Source of the DNA: Vicugna vicugna
Lineage: Eukaryota
Assembly (NCBI GenBank): GCA_013265495.1
Contig: MU058769.1
Location: 458,477-522,476 of the forward strand
Reading direction: 5' to 3'
DNA length: 64,000 bases
Made by a program: the position numbers and the translations under genes. The notes under the pieces are model-generated. The model was not told the DNA's origin, ran no database searches, and worked only from the letters and a program-made list of their open reading frames with translations. Below are positions 39,544 to 52,512 of the stretch, piece after piece. Position 1 is the stretch's first letter. Each line of letters opens with the position of its first letter.

Positions 39544-41230
39544 TGCTTGCTTGATTTTTGCTTTTCAATTACCTTTTTTATTTTTTAATTTTTTAAATTA
39601 ATTTATTTTTTAAAATTGAAGTATAGTCAGTTTACAATGTTGCATCAATATCTAGTGTACAGAATAATGTTTCAGTCATACATATAGATACATACATTAC
39701 TTTTCATATTCTTTTTCATTATAGGTTACTATAAGATACTGAACATAGTTTCCTGTGTTACAGAGTATAAACTTGTTGTTTATCTATTTTATATATAGTA
39801 GTTAGTATCTGCAAATCTCGAACTCCCAATTTACCCCTTCCCACCCCCTTTCCCCCTGGTAACCATAAATTTGTTCTCTATGTCTGTGAATCTGTTTCTA
39901 TTTTGTAAATAAGTTCATTTATGTCTTTTTTTAAAGATTCCACATATGAGTAATATCACATGGCATTTTTCTTTCTCCTTCTGGCTTACTTCACTTAGAA
40001 TGACAATCTTTGGGTTCATCCACATTGTTGCAAATGGTATTATTTTATTCTTTTTTATGACTGGGTAGTATTCCATAGTATATATGTACCACAACTTCTT
40101 TATCCAGTCATCTGTCAATGGACATTTAAGTTGTTTCCGTGTCTTGGCTACTGTAAATAGTGCTGCTGTGAACATTGTATCTTTTCGAATTATAGTTCCC
40201 TCCTGATATATGGCCAGGAGTGGAACTGCTGGATCGATCATATGGTAACTCTATTTTTAGTTTTTTGAGCAATCTCCATACTGGCTGCATCAAACTACAT
40301 TCCCACCAACAGTGTAGAAGGGTTACTTTTTTCTCTACACCCTCTGCAGCATTTATCATTTGTGGACTTTTTAAAGATGGCCATTCTGACTGGTGTGAGG
40401 TGATACCTCATTGTAGTTCTGATCTGCAATTCTCTTATAACTAGCAATACTGAGCATTTTTACATGTGCCTATTGGCCATTTGTATGTCTTCACTGGAGA
40501 ATTGCTTGTTTAGGTCTTCTGCCCATTTTTGGATTGGATTGTTTGTTTTTCTGTTATTAAGTTGTATGAGCTGTTTGTATATTCTTGAATTAAGCCCTTG
40601 CCAGTTGCATCATTTGCAAGTATCTTCTTCCATTCCGTAGGCTTTTTGTTTTGTTTATGGTCTCCTTTGCTGTGCAAAAGCGTATACATTTAATTAGGTC
40701 CCATTTGTTTATTTTTGCTTTTATTTCTATTGCCTGGGTAGACTGTCCTAGAACATTGTTAAGATTTATTTCAGAAAATGTTTTGCCCATGTTCTCATTT
40801 AGGAGGCATATAGTATCTTGTCTTATGTCTAAGTCTTAAGGCCATTTTGAGTTAATTTTTGTGTGTGGTGTGAGGGAGTGTTCTAACTTCGCTGATTTAC
40901 ATGCAGCTGCCCAGTTTTCCCAACACCACTTGCTCAAGAGACTGTCTTTTCTCCATTGTAGGGTCTTGCCTCCTTTGTCAAAGATCAATTAACTGTACAT
41001 GTGTCAGTTTATTTCTGGGCTCTCTATTCTATTCCACTGATCCATATGTCTGTTTTTGTGCCAATATCACACTGTTTTGATTACTGTAGCTCTGTAGTAT
41101 TGTCTGAAGTGTGGGAGGGTTATTCCTCCAGCTTCTCTTTTTCACAGTACTGCTTTGGCAATTCTGAATCTTTTGTGATTCCATATAAATTTTAGGATTA
41201 TTTGTTCTAGTTCCGTGAAAAATGTTGTAC
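39544..41230 (-). mobile_element. 5'-truncated artiodactyl L1 (ORF2 C-terminus, 3' UTR, A-tail), ~1.7 kb
   Basis: ORF track pieces match ORF2 (KAKINKWDLIK, WIKKLWYIYTMEYY); TSD ttccagcaagct at 39532-39543 and 41231-41242. Confidence 0.95.
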
Positions 41231-42977
41231 TTCCAGCAAGCTATATTTAATAAATCATTTTTCATTTCAGGGAAGAAGGTAGGCAACATGGGACACTAGT
41301 AGCTATCTGTTCCTCCTCTTATATCTGCCCCCAAAAGGATGGAGAGAAGACTTTGGCTATAAAATGGGGTAATGAGGAAACCATGAAGGTACCTTACTGA
41401 TAGGACTGATGAGAAAGAATAAGAATATAGCATATGGATGGGGATAAAGAAAAACATATTAAAATAAAGCAAGTGGTACAAAGGACATCAAGAAAAGAGT
41501 AATGGTTCTTTAAAGTAAGCATGGCTCTGGGACAGAAGATTAGAAATGACTTTCAGGTCCTAATTTTTAAAAGCCTAAGGAAAGGTAGTAATAATCTCTA
41601 TTGCTATAGCAAGTAAAAGACATCATAGGTGGTGCAGGGTCTGCAATAACACAAAACAACATACAGGTGGGGTTCAGACATCCTAAGGAAAACAATAAAA
41701 CCTGTTGCAAAGATACAACTAGTCATTCATTCAAACATGTATTTGTTGTGTCTTTGTGCTCCTACTATAGGTCAAAAACTAGGATAAGCTCTAGGAATAT
41801 GAAATAAATAAATCAAGGGTCATATAGATTAGAAGGAAAAGAAAAAATTCTGGCTTTTACTCTGAGTGAGGTGAGAAGTCATTATGGAGTGTGAAGACTA
41901 CCCCTGAAGGGCAAAACAAACCAATGAAAGGAATCTGGCTTTTTCACACTTAGGGAGATGAGAGGCCACTGGGAGTTTTTAAGGAGAGGAATGCCATGTT
42001 TTTGACCTATATATATTTTTTCTAACACAGAGAATTTGCAAAAAATAGTATAATAGTCACCTAGATTCACATACAGATTTACTACATGTATGTATCTGTG
42101 TGCATAAATTTTTTTTCAGAACTATCTGATGTTCTCATAATGACCTTTCACATCTAAAATAATTCAGCATGTATCTCCTAACAATAAGGTGAACTTGAAT
42201 TATAATAGCCACTAGCCAAGTCCCATATGAGTTAACGGATACTGCACATGCAAAGCAGATCTAAATAGCACTGTAAAAGCTTAGAAATTAAAATGATTTT
42301 GGAATCACCATCCACTGAAGACTTGACAGATTTTGTAAGCTGAATTCAACAAGGTCAAAAAGTCTGTTAAAATAAAAGTCAACACTCATCACGACATTTA
42401 AACAAGACCCAGATCCCTTCTAATATAATATTAAAATTTTTCAGTATATAATCCAAGATTACTTAGCATATAAAGAACCAAGATAATCTCAATCTGAATA
42501 GACAAAGAGACGAATAGATAAAACATGGAGTTGACACAGATGTTGAAATTATCTATCTATTTTAACTAACCTATTTAAGCAGCTATTATATAAAATTCTC
42601 CAACAATATAGGGAAAAGACTCCTGAAACAAACAGAAAGAATGTCTCAGGAAAGAAAGAGGACATAAGGAAGAACTAAATGGAAATTTTAGAATTAAAAA
42701 ATACAGCAACAAAAACATAAACACTCACTTGATGGGTTCAATAGCAGAACAGAAATAACAGAAGAGTCAGTGAATCTGAAGACAGATCAAATTTCAATAG
42801 AAATATCAAATTTAATCAATGACAAATCTGAATAACAAAGAGAAAAAAGATTAGGAGGGAAAAAAGAACAGATTATCAAGGACCTGCAGGACAATACCAA
42901 AAATCTAGTATTTGGGGCATCAGTGTCCCAGAAAGAGGGGAGAAGGACTGTGACGACATATTTTAAGAATTAATGGG

Positions 42978-44835
42978 AGTTGTGGTCAAGATGGCAGAGT
43001 GATAGGACCACAAGCTTGCCTCTCCTCATGACTACAATGAAACCACAACTGAACACTAAACAACCATCAAAAACAGACTGGAACCTAGCAAAAAAGACCT
43101 TCTGCAACTGGAAACATAAAGAGGGAACCACAGCAGGATGGTAGGAGGGGCATGCTTGCGATATAATTGGGTGGGTGAGCCACAAGCTGAAGATTTGTTA
43201 AGTTGCAGAGGCCCTCCCACAGGAGTGAGTGCTCGAAGCCCCATGTCAGGCTCCCCAGCTTGGGTCCTGGCATTGGGAAGAGAAGGAGACCCCAGGACAT
43301 CTGGTTTTGAAGGCCAGGGGGGTCTTGGCTCTGGGAGCATCATGGGACTGGGGGAAATGGAGACTCTACTCGCTTGAGAAGCATACGGAAACTCATATGC
43401 ACCAGGTCCAAGGGCAGAGGTAGTGATCTCATAGGAACCTGGGCCAGACCTGCCTGCTGGATTTGGAGGGTCTCCTGGGGACGTGGGGGGTGGCTGCGGC
43501 TCACCCAGGGGACATAAAAGCTGGTGGCAGACATTCTAGGAGTGTTCATCTACATGAGCTTTCCTGGAGGCTGACGTCTTGATTGGATCATTAGCACCAA
43601 GACCTAGCCCCACCCAACATCCTGTAGGGAAGCCTCAGGCCAAACAACACTGCAGGGTGGGAACACAGCCCCCCCCCACCCCATCAGCAGACTTCCTGAG
43701 CCACAAAGGCCTCTAGACATAGCCCTACCCACCAGAGGTCCAAGACCAAGCTTCACCCAGCAGTGGGCAGGCACCAGCTCCTCCTGCCAGGAAACCTGCA
43801 TAAGCCTCTGGTCCATCCTCATCCACCAGGGGCAGATACCAGAAATAAGGAAACAATAATCCCAAAGCCTATGGAAGGAATCCACAAACATATAGAAAGA
43901 TAGGCGATATGAGGCAGCAAAGGAGTATCTCCCAGGCCAAGGCACAAGATAAAATCCCAGAAGAAATAAGTGATGAGGAGATAGGTAATTTATCTGAAAA
44001 AGAGTTTAAAGTAATGATAGCCAAGATGTTCAGAGAACTCAAGAGGAGTATAGATGCACAGAGTGAAGTTTTTAGCAGAGTTGAAAAATATAAATACCGA
44101 AACAGAGTTGAATAAAATCACTGAAATGAACAATACACTAGAAGGAACCAAGAACAAACTAAATGAGGCAGAAGAACGGATCAGTGAGCTAGAAGACAGA
44201 TTAGTGGAAATCACTACTCAGAACAGAAAAAAGAATAAAAACTAATGAGGATAGTGTAAGAGAACTCTGGGACAACATACTGCGCTCTAATATTCACATT
44301 ATAGGGGTCTCAGAAAGAGAAGAGAGAAAGGACCTGAGAAAATTTTTGTTGAGATAATAACCAAAAACGTCCCCAAGTTGGGAAAGGAAACAGTCACCCA
44401 CGTCCTGGAGGCACAGAGAGTACCACAAAGACTCAGCCCAAAGAGGGACACACCAAGGCACATAGTCATCAAATTGACAACAATTAAGGATAAGGAGAAA
44501 ATATTAAAACTAGCAAGAGAAAAGCAACAAATAACATACAAGGGAACTTCCATAAGGTTATCAGCTGATTTTTCAGCAGAAACTTTACAGGCCAGAAGGG
44601 AGTGGCACGATACATTTAAAGTGATGCAAGGGGGAAACTTACAGCCAAGAATACTATCTAGCAAGACTCTCGTTCAGACTTGATGGAGAAATCAAAAGCT
44701 TCACAGATAAACAAAAGCTGAAAGATTTCAGCACCACCAAACCAGCTTTACAACAAATGTTAAAGGAACTTCTCTAGTCATCAAACCATAAGAAAAGAGA
44801 ACAAAAAGAAGAAAGAGGAAAAAAAAGAGACTTAC
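42978..44835 (+). mobile_element. Younger L1 5' UTR plus ORF1
   Basis: caagatggc (YY1) start, GC-rich 5' UTR, ORF1 peptides TPRHIVIKL / IRLSADFSAETLQARREW. Confidence 0.93.
43909..44777 (+). pseudogene. Frameshifted L1 ORF1p
   Basis: ORFs 43909-44115, 44054-44245 and 44378-44683 are successive ORF1p pieces; ends ...ttaaaggaacttctctag. Confidence 0.9.
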
Positions 44836-44837
44836 AA

Positions 44838-45350
44838 TAGATTGTTTTGGCTGTTCGGGGTCTTTCTGTGGTTCCTTATAAATTTTGGAATTCTCTGTTC
44901 TAGTTCTGTGAGAAATGTTGTGAATATTTTGATGGGGACTGCAATGGATCTGTGGATTGCTTTGGGTAGTGTGGTCATTTTGACAGTGCTGATTCTTCCA
45001 ATCCAAGAGCACAAGAAATCTTTCCATTTCCTTGTGTCATTTCAGTTTTCAGAGTATACGTAACCTCCTTGGTTAAGTTCATTTCTAGGTATTTTGTTGT
45101 TTTTGATGTAATGGAGATGTATCTGCCAATTATAAAGTTCTGGCTTTTGAAGTGAAAAAAAAAAGTGAATAAAGGGCTACAAATGGCAAAACAGCCTTCT
45201 TTTTTATGGGTGAGTTGTATTCTGTTACACATATTATATATGCTGCATCTCCATTATCTATTCAACTATTGATGTGCACTTAGGATGCTTCCATATCTTG
45301 GCAATTACAAATAATGTTCCTGTAAATAGCAGGGTGTATGTATCTTTTTT
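44838..45350 (-). mobile_element. Two inverted L1 ORF2 fragments
   Basis: Minus ORF CSWIGRISTVKMTTLPKAIHR and a second antisense ORF2 C-terminal piece at ~45178-45350. Confidence 0.85.
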
Positions 45351-45495
45351 TTTTAAGTTAGTTCTTATATTGTGGTTGGCTTTATTCCTTTGATAACTAT
45401 GTAAGTTTAAAAAGCTAAAGCTCTAAATATTCTTAGAAACAATGAACAGTATATATATGTAAATTAAAAATACATGTGCAGTTAAAAAAAAAAAA

Positions 45496-46024
45496 GATCT
45501 ATCACGCCATGAAAGACATGGAAGAAACTTAAAAGACATATTACTAATGAAAGAAGCCAGGCTGAAAAGGCTACAAACTACAATTCCAATCAAATGACAT
45601 TCTGGAAAAGGCATAGCTACAGAAACAATAAAAAGATCATGGTTTCAGGGTTTGTGGAGAGGGAGGGAGGGAGGAATGAACAGATGGAGTACAAGGGATT
45701 TCTAAGGCAATGAAATTATTCTGTCTGATACTATAGTGGTGGCTACAAGTCATTACGCATTTGTCAAAACCCATAGAATGTACAACATCAAGAGTGAACC
45801 CTAATGTAAACTATGGACTTTGGTTGATAATAATGTGCCCATGTTGGTTCATTGACTGTACCAATTATGCCATATTGATGAGGGATGTTGAGGGTAGGGG
45901 AGTATATATGTGTGGGTGGGGAGGGCTATGTGTGAACTCTCTGTATTTTCTGCTCAATTCTGCTGTGAACCTGAAACTGCTCTAAAAGAACTTTATCTAA
46001 AAAAAAGTCTTATTTTAAAAAAAG
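45496..46024 (+). mobile_element. L1MC1-like 3' end
   Basis: tttgtcaaaacccatagaatgtacaacatcaagagtgaaccctaatgtaaactatggacttt; A-rich end. Confidence 0.85.
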
Positions 46025-46272
46025 AAGAATTAAGGGGCAAAACTTCACAAACTTGACAAAAGACATAAACCTATAGAATTAAGAAGCTCAGCTATCCCCA
46101 AACAGGATAAACACAACAAAACTCACTCCTGGACTCATCATAATCTAACACATAAAAACTAAAGAAGAAGAACAGATCTTGAAAGTAACCAGATAAAAAT
46201 GATACAGTACTTATTAAGGGAAAAATGATTTGAATGACTTCATATTTCTCATCAGAAACTACAAAGACTACA

Positions 46273-46465
46273 GGGCAAGGTATAGCTCAGTGGTAGAGCA
46301 CCTGTTAGCATGCACAACGTCCTGGGTTCAATCCCTGGTATCTCTAGGAAGGAAGGAAGGAAGGAAGGAAGGAAGGAAGGAAGGAAGGAAGGAAGGAAGG
46401 AAGGAAGGAAGGAAGGAAGGAAGAAACTCAATTACTTACCCTCAAAAAAATTTTTAAAAAAAAGC
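46273..46465 (+). mobile_element. Camelid vic-1-like tRNA-derived SINE
   Basis: A box tagctcagtgg, B box ggttcaatcc, aattac-cc tail motif and A-tail. Confidence 0.88.
46347..46422 (+). repeat. (GGAA)19 microsatellite inside the SINE
   Basis: 76 nt of uninterrupted GGAA. Confidence 0.97.
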
Positions 46466-46909
46466 AAGAAAATATGAAGATTAGAGGGAAGTAGAATAAC
46501 ACGTTTAAAGTGCTGAAAGGAAAGAACCATAAACACAGAATTCTGTGTCCAGAGAAAATACCCATCAGGAATAAAGATGACATAAAGGTATCTTTAGATG
46601 AAGAAAAGTAAGAATTCATCGCAAGCATACCTGCTCTAAAAGAATGACCAAAGAAAGTTGTTTAAAAAGGTGAAAAATAATACAATAAAATTCAGAACGC
46701 CAGGAATGAGGGAAGAAAAATAGGAATGCTAAGTATCTGGTTACACAGACTATTCTTCACCTACTGAGTTCTCTAAAATGTTCTGATGCTTGGAAGGAAA
46801 AATTATAAGATTATCTCATGAAGTTTTCAACGCATGTAGATAAATGTAACAGACAAGGCAACTATAACATTAAGGTAGGGGATAGGAAAGGAACTTATGG
46901 TGGAAAGTT

Positions 46910-47124
46910 TTTTTTAATTTTTTAATTGAAGTATAGTTGATTTACAATGTTGTATTAGTTTCAGGTGTATACAAAATGATTCATATATATATACATACAT
47001 ACACACACATATATATATAGAGAGAGAATATATATATATTCTTTTTCAGATTCTTTTCCATTATAGGTTATTACAAGATATGGAGTATTGTTCCCTGTGC
47101 TATACAGTAGGTTCTTGTTGTTTA
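46910..47124 (-). mobile_element. Truncated artiodactyl L1 3' end with TSD
   Basis: aattgaagtatagttgatttacaatgttg...ttccctgtgctatacagtagg; flanks ggtggaaag(g)tttt. Confidence 0.9.
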
Positions 47125-48250
47125 GGTGGAAAGGTTTTGACATTCCACCTGAAATTTCAAATAGTAATTCAAGTAGACTTAAAAGTTAGGTTTGTGTATA
47201 TGCACACATATATACACATATACACATATATTCGTGTGTGTTGAGAGAGAAAGAGCAAAAGAGATTTCCAGAGCAATCAATAAAACTCTATACAAAAAGA
47301 TACAGTCAAAACCTAATATATAAATGTAAATGATTAAAGTGGAATACTAGAAAATGTTCAAATGACTCAAAAGGCAGGAAAAGGGGCTCATCAGATGATT
47401 AAAAATAGGAACAAAGAAAAAACAAATAAAATGGTCTAAAACATCAATAATTACATTAAATGGTCTAAAAATGCCAATTAAAAGACAGATTGTCCAAAGA
47501 AATCAAGAAGTCACTTCAAATATAATGTTATAGGCAGATTAAAAGCAAATGGAATGAACTATTTTGTATGGTACTTTAATAGTGGATACATGACATACAT
47601 TTGCCAAAAACCACAGAACTGCACAGTACAAAGAGTGAAACCTAATTTAAACTATAGACTTTAGTTAATAATAATGTATCAATATTGGCTTATCAATTGT
47701 AATACATGTACCAAAGTAATGCAAAATGTTAATAACAGGGGAAACTGTGCATTGGGGGAGGGTGGTATATAAGAATTCTGTGTACTTTCTGCTCAATTTT
47801 TCTGTAAACCTAAAACTGTTCTAAAAAAAATACTAATTTAAAATTTTAAAGGTTGAAAAAGATATACTATATAAACACTAATCAAAAAAAGCTGGAATGG
47901 CTATATCAGTATTAGATAAAATAGACCTCAGAGCAAAGAAATTATCGGGGATAAAGAAGAACATCACATAATGATAAAAAAAAAAGGACAATTTACCAAG
48001 GAGACAAAAATTCTAGATATCTATGCACCTAACAACAGAACTTCATAATACAAAAAACAAAATCTAAGAATTGAAAGGAAAAATAGACATACACAACTAC
48101 AGCTGGATATTTCAACACCCTTCTTTCAGGAATAGATAGAACCATTAGACAAAAAATTAGCAAAGACACAGAAAAAGTGAACAATATCATCATACAACAG
48201 GATCTAACTGATGTTTTTAGAACACTCCAAATAAAAACAAAATATATATA

Positions 48251-48322
48251 GGAGGTGGGAGTTATAGCTCAGTGGTAGAGTATGCTTAGCATGCATGAGG
48301 TCCTGGGTTCAGTCCCCAGTAC
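48251..48322 (+). mobile_element. Tailless vic-1-like SINE head
   Basis: tatagctcagtggtagagtatgcttagcatgcatgaggtcctgggttcagtccccagtac, then host L1 resumes directly. Confidence 0.85.
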
Positions 48323-48660
48323 TTCTTTTCAGGTGCTTATGGAATGTTCACCAAGATAGACCATATATGCTGAATCATAAAACCTTAACAAATTTGAAAG
48401 AACTAAAATTACACAAAGTATCTTCTCTGACCATAATGGAATTAGTTAGAAATCAATAACAAATATATGACGGGTACACCTCCAAATGCTTAGAAATTAT
48501 ATAACACCCTTTAAATGATTCATGGGCCAAAGTAGTCTCAAGGGAAATTGGAAAACATTCTGAACTGAACAGAGTTGTAGATAAAACATATCAAAATGTG
48601 TGGGATGCAAACTTAGAGGGAAATATGTATGTAGTACTACCTGCTTATATTAGAAATTAG

Positions 48661-49003
48661 TGTCATGTACTAAATATTTGTGTCCCTCCAAAATTCATAT
48701 GCTGAAACCCTAACCCAGTGTGGCATACATGGAATGAGGCCTGTAAGGAAGAATTAGGGTTAAATAAGATTACACAGGGAGTTTGCCCTTTTTCCCTCCC
48801 CAGCATGCACAAGAAGTCATATGAGCACACAGCTAGAGGGCAACTGCCCACAAACCAAGAGTAGAGGCTCCAGAATGAAAACTACCTTGCTGGTACATTG
48901 ATCTTGGACTTTCCAGCCTCCAGAACTGTGAGAAATAATTTTTTGTTGTTTAAGCCACTCACTCTGTGGTATTTTGTTATGACAGCCTGAGGTGACTAAT
49001 ACA
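48661..49003 (+). mobile_element. MLT1A-like MaLR solo LTR
   Basis: tgtgtccctccaaaattcatatgctgaaaccctaa...ccagaactgtgagaaat...ctaataca; imperfect TSD attag/agtag. Confidence 0.9.
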
Positions 49004-51326
49004 AGTAGAAAGATCTCATATCAATAATCTAACTTTCTACCTTTAAGAAACTAAAAAAAGAAGAGCAAAATGAACTCAAAGTAATCAGAATGAAGTTAAT
49101 AATAAAAAGCACAAATCAATGATATTGAAAATAAGGGGGAAAAAATCAATGAACCAAAAGCTGGTTCTTTGAAAAGATCAATAAAATTGACAAACCTCTA
49201 GCAATACTGACAGAGAGAAAAAGGACATTAATAACAGGAATGTAAAAAAAAAAAGATATCACTACAGAGTCTATGATATTAAAAAGATAGTAAGAGTATA
49301 CACACAGTTCTTAACACAGAAATTCAGCTGCTTAGTTGAAATAGGCCACTTTGTTGGAAACCAGAAATTATTAAAAGCCACCCGAGATGGATTAGATAAC
49401 TTGAATAATCCTGTAACTATTAAAGAAATCTACAGGACCAGATATTTTCTCTGGTAAATTTTGGCACATCTGCAGAACAAACAGTACCAATTCTATAATC
49501 TTTTCAGAAAACAGAAGAGAAGGAAACACCTCCCAAATCATTTTATGAGGCTAGGGTTACCCTGATACCTAAGCCAGGCAAAGATTATTACAAGAAAACT
49601 ATAGACCAATATCCTCAAAAACAAAGATGCTAAATGTCTCAACAAAGTATTAGCAAATCAGATACAGAAACAGGACAATGCAAGTGGAGTCTGTTCTGAG
49701 AATGCAAAGCTTGTTCAATTTTTGAAAAGCAGTGTAATCTACTAGATTGGATCTAAAGAAGAAAAAATCTGATCATTTTAACTGATGCAGAAAAGCATTT
49801 ATAGGAGTAGTAAATCTTTAAGACCTGAGATTAGGCAAGGAATTCTTAAAACAAGATACCAAATGCACAATCCATAAAAGAAAAAAATTGGTAAGCTGGA
49901 CTCAATCAAAATTTAAAACTTTAATTCTGCAAAAGACACTGCTACGATAAAAAGACAAGCTTCCAGATGGAAGAAAAAATATGCAAATTATGTATTCAAC
50001 AAATGATTTATATCCAGAATATATAAAGAACTCTCAAGACTCAATGATAAGAAAATAACCCAGTTTAAAAATGGGCAAAGGACTTAATACATAAAATGCT
50101 GATACTCCTACTGATGATATACAGCAGCTGGTTCTCATATGTTGGCAGAGTCACTCTGGATAAGTTTGGTAGTTTCTTATACAGTGAAAATACATTTACC
50201 ATATGACCCAGCAATCCCATTCCTAGATATTTAACTTAGAGAAATGAGAACTTACACTCATACAAAACCTGTATAAGAATATTTATAGCTGCTCTATTCA
50301 TAATTGCAAAAAAAATTCCAATTTTTTTTAAGTGTGGGGGAGACTGTATCGAAACTGAATTCATGGTGGTTCACTAGACCGTTCTCTAATGTATGTTTAA
50401 CCTACCATAAGAAAAATCCTAAAAAGAAAAGAAAGTTTATACGAGTGGGAAGAGTGAGGCTTCAGATAAATTTCCAAAACTTTCTCCACATCTGGATGGC
50501 AAATAAGGTATCAAATGTCTAAAGAAACAAAAACAATAAGTAGAACAGGAAGTTACTGGTGATTCTGATAGTAAAATCTGCTTATGACTCTGAATTAAGT
50601 CATAACTAAGACTAAAAAACAATACTGTTCATTCATATCAAATGGACATAAAAGGAAGCAATAAGTAATGTTTATGGATGGTGAGTACTGAGGGAGTATG
50701 TATGTGCTGTTTTATAGCATAGAGCAGTCAGAGAATTCATAGATAAAGAAAATATCAGTATGTATTTCATGTTAGCAAGACTTTCTAATTCTTGAGGAAA
50801 ATCTCAAGATTTTCCTCAAGGTAAAGCACAAGGCCTAACAGTGACTGATTTGCAGGCTTTCAACTCACTAACCATGTAACTGGCAAACTACCTCTCTGAA
50901 CCTAATCTATAAAAATGAGGATAATTGTACCTGCTTTGCAAGATATTACAAAAATCAGAAACAAATCACTGGCGTAGTACCTGGCACAAGGTATGCAACT
51001 TAATAAATTGCAGCTAGTATTACAATTACTGAGTTTAACAGGAAAGAAGAACATCCACTAGAGTCAGGGACGACACTTACCATCACTGTCTCTATTCAAT
51101 ACTGAATGTGAGCACTTAAACAATAGCAGTAAGACACAAAAAAGAAATATGAGGTACAAGAATTAGAAAGACAAAAAAATTCCCTAAATTTAGCAATGTG
51201 ACTGTGTAGAATCTAAGAAACTCTAAGGACTAATTGAGCCAAAAGAGCTCACTTGAAATGAAGATCAATGTACCAAAACTAACAATATATCTATATTCCA
51301 ACAGCAATAGAAAAAGAAAACCCAAA

Positions 51327-51570
51327 TTCTTATATGTGGAATCTAAAAAAAAAGACAGAAGTGAACTACTTATTATTTAGTAGACTGATTTCTTGAATAT
51401 GTGTAACTACATCTGATTGTCCTTTACCACGATTCTTATTTTGTGGTTGGCTTTATTCCTTTGATAACTGTAAATCTGAAATGCTAAAGTTCTAAACTAT
51501 TCTTAGAAACAATGAACAGTACCTATATGTAAATTAAAAAAAAAAATAAAGTGAGAAGAAAAAAAAAAGA
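51327..51570 (+). mobile_element. Truncated L1 3' end with a distinct 3' UTR
   Basis: tatatgtggaatctaaaaaaaaa (ORF2 end) plus a tail shared with 45360-45495, A-tail, approximate TSD agaaaa(a/g)ga(a/g)aaccca. Confidence 0.7.
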
Positions 51571-52279
51571 AAAGGAGAACCCATACACAACAGCAACCAA
51601 TGCTACCCCGGGGTAAACCTAACAGAAGAAAACGTCTTTAATGAAAGGGGTATAAAACATTATTACCGAAGGACATTAAAAAAAAAAACCAATAAATGTA
51701 GTGATAGAGAACTTTGGCTGGAAAGACTCAATACTGCAAAGAAGCCAGTTCTCTCCATGTTAATCTATAAATTCAATGCAATTCCAAGAAAAATGTCAAT
51801 GGAGTTTGAATAAGATCAACAAGCTGCAGAGATCTGCCCTACTATACAAGAAGGTGGAGGTTCTTATATAGTAATTAAGATGTATAAACAGAGCAAACCA
51901 ATAGAAAAGAACAGAGGTCCTAGAAGAGATTTACATATATCCAAAAACTTGGACTACATCAGAGGAGGTATAATTAATATTCAGTAACAAATGGGGCAAC
52001 CAGTTACCCATACAGGGGAAAAAAAAAATCAAGAGCCCTATTCACACCACACACAGATATGAATTCCAGGTAGATTTAAAAACCTACATAAGGAAAGCAA
52101 ATCTTTAAAACTTTTAGAAACAAATATATAAGAATCATTATGACCTCAACAAAAGGATTTCTTAAGTAAGAATCTGAAGCACAAACCAGGGGGAAAAAAG
52201 ATTGTAATATCTGATGAATTTAAATGTTAAACTTCTTTACAATTAAAAAAAATCATAAACAGTTAAAAGATAAGCTATA

Positions 52280-52512
52280 TGAGGAGGGATAAATTAGGAA
52301 TCTGGGATTAACAGATACATACTACTATGTATAAAACAAACAACAAATACCTACTGTACAGCACAGGGAACTATATTCAATACCTTATAATAACCTGTAA
52401 TGGAAAAGAATCTAGAAAATAACACATATATATGTATAATAACTAAATCACTTTGCTGCACATCTGAAACATTATAAATCAACTATACTTCAGAAAAAAA
52501 GAAAGTAGGAAA
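52280..52512 (+). mobile_element. Truncated artiodactyl L1 3' end with TSD
   Basis: gggataaattaggaatctgggattaacagatac...; TSD taaaagataa(g/a)ctata at 52264-52279 and 52513-52528. Confidence 0.9.
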
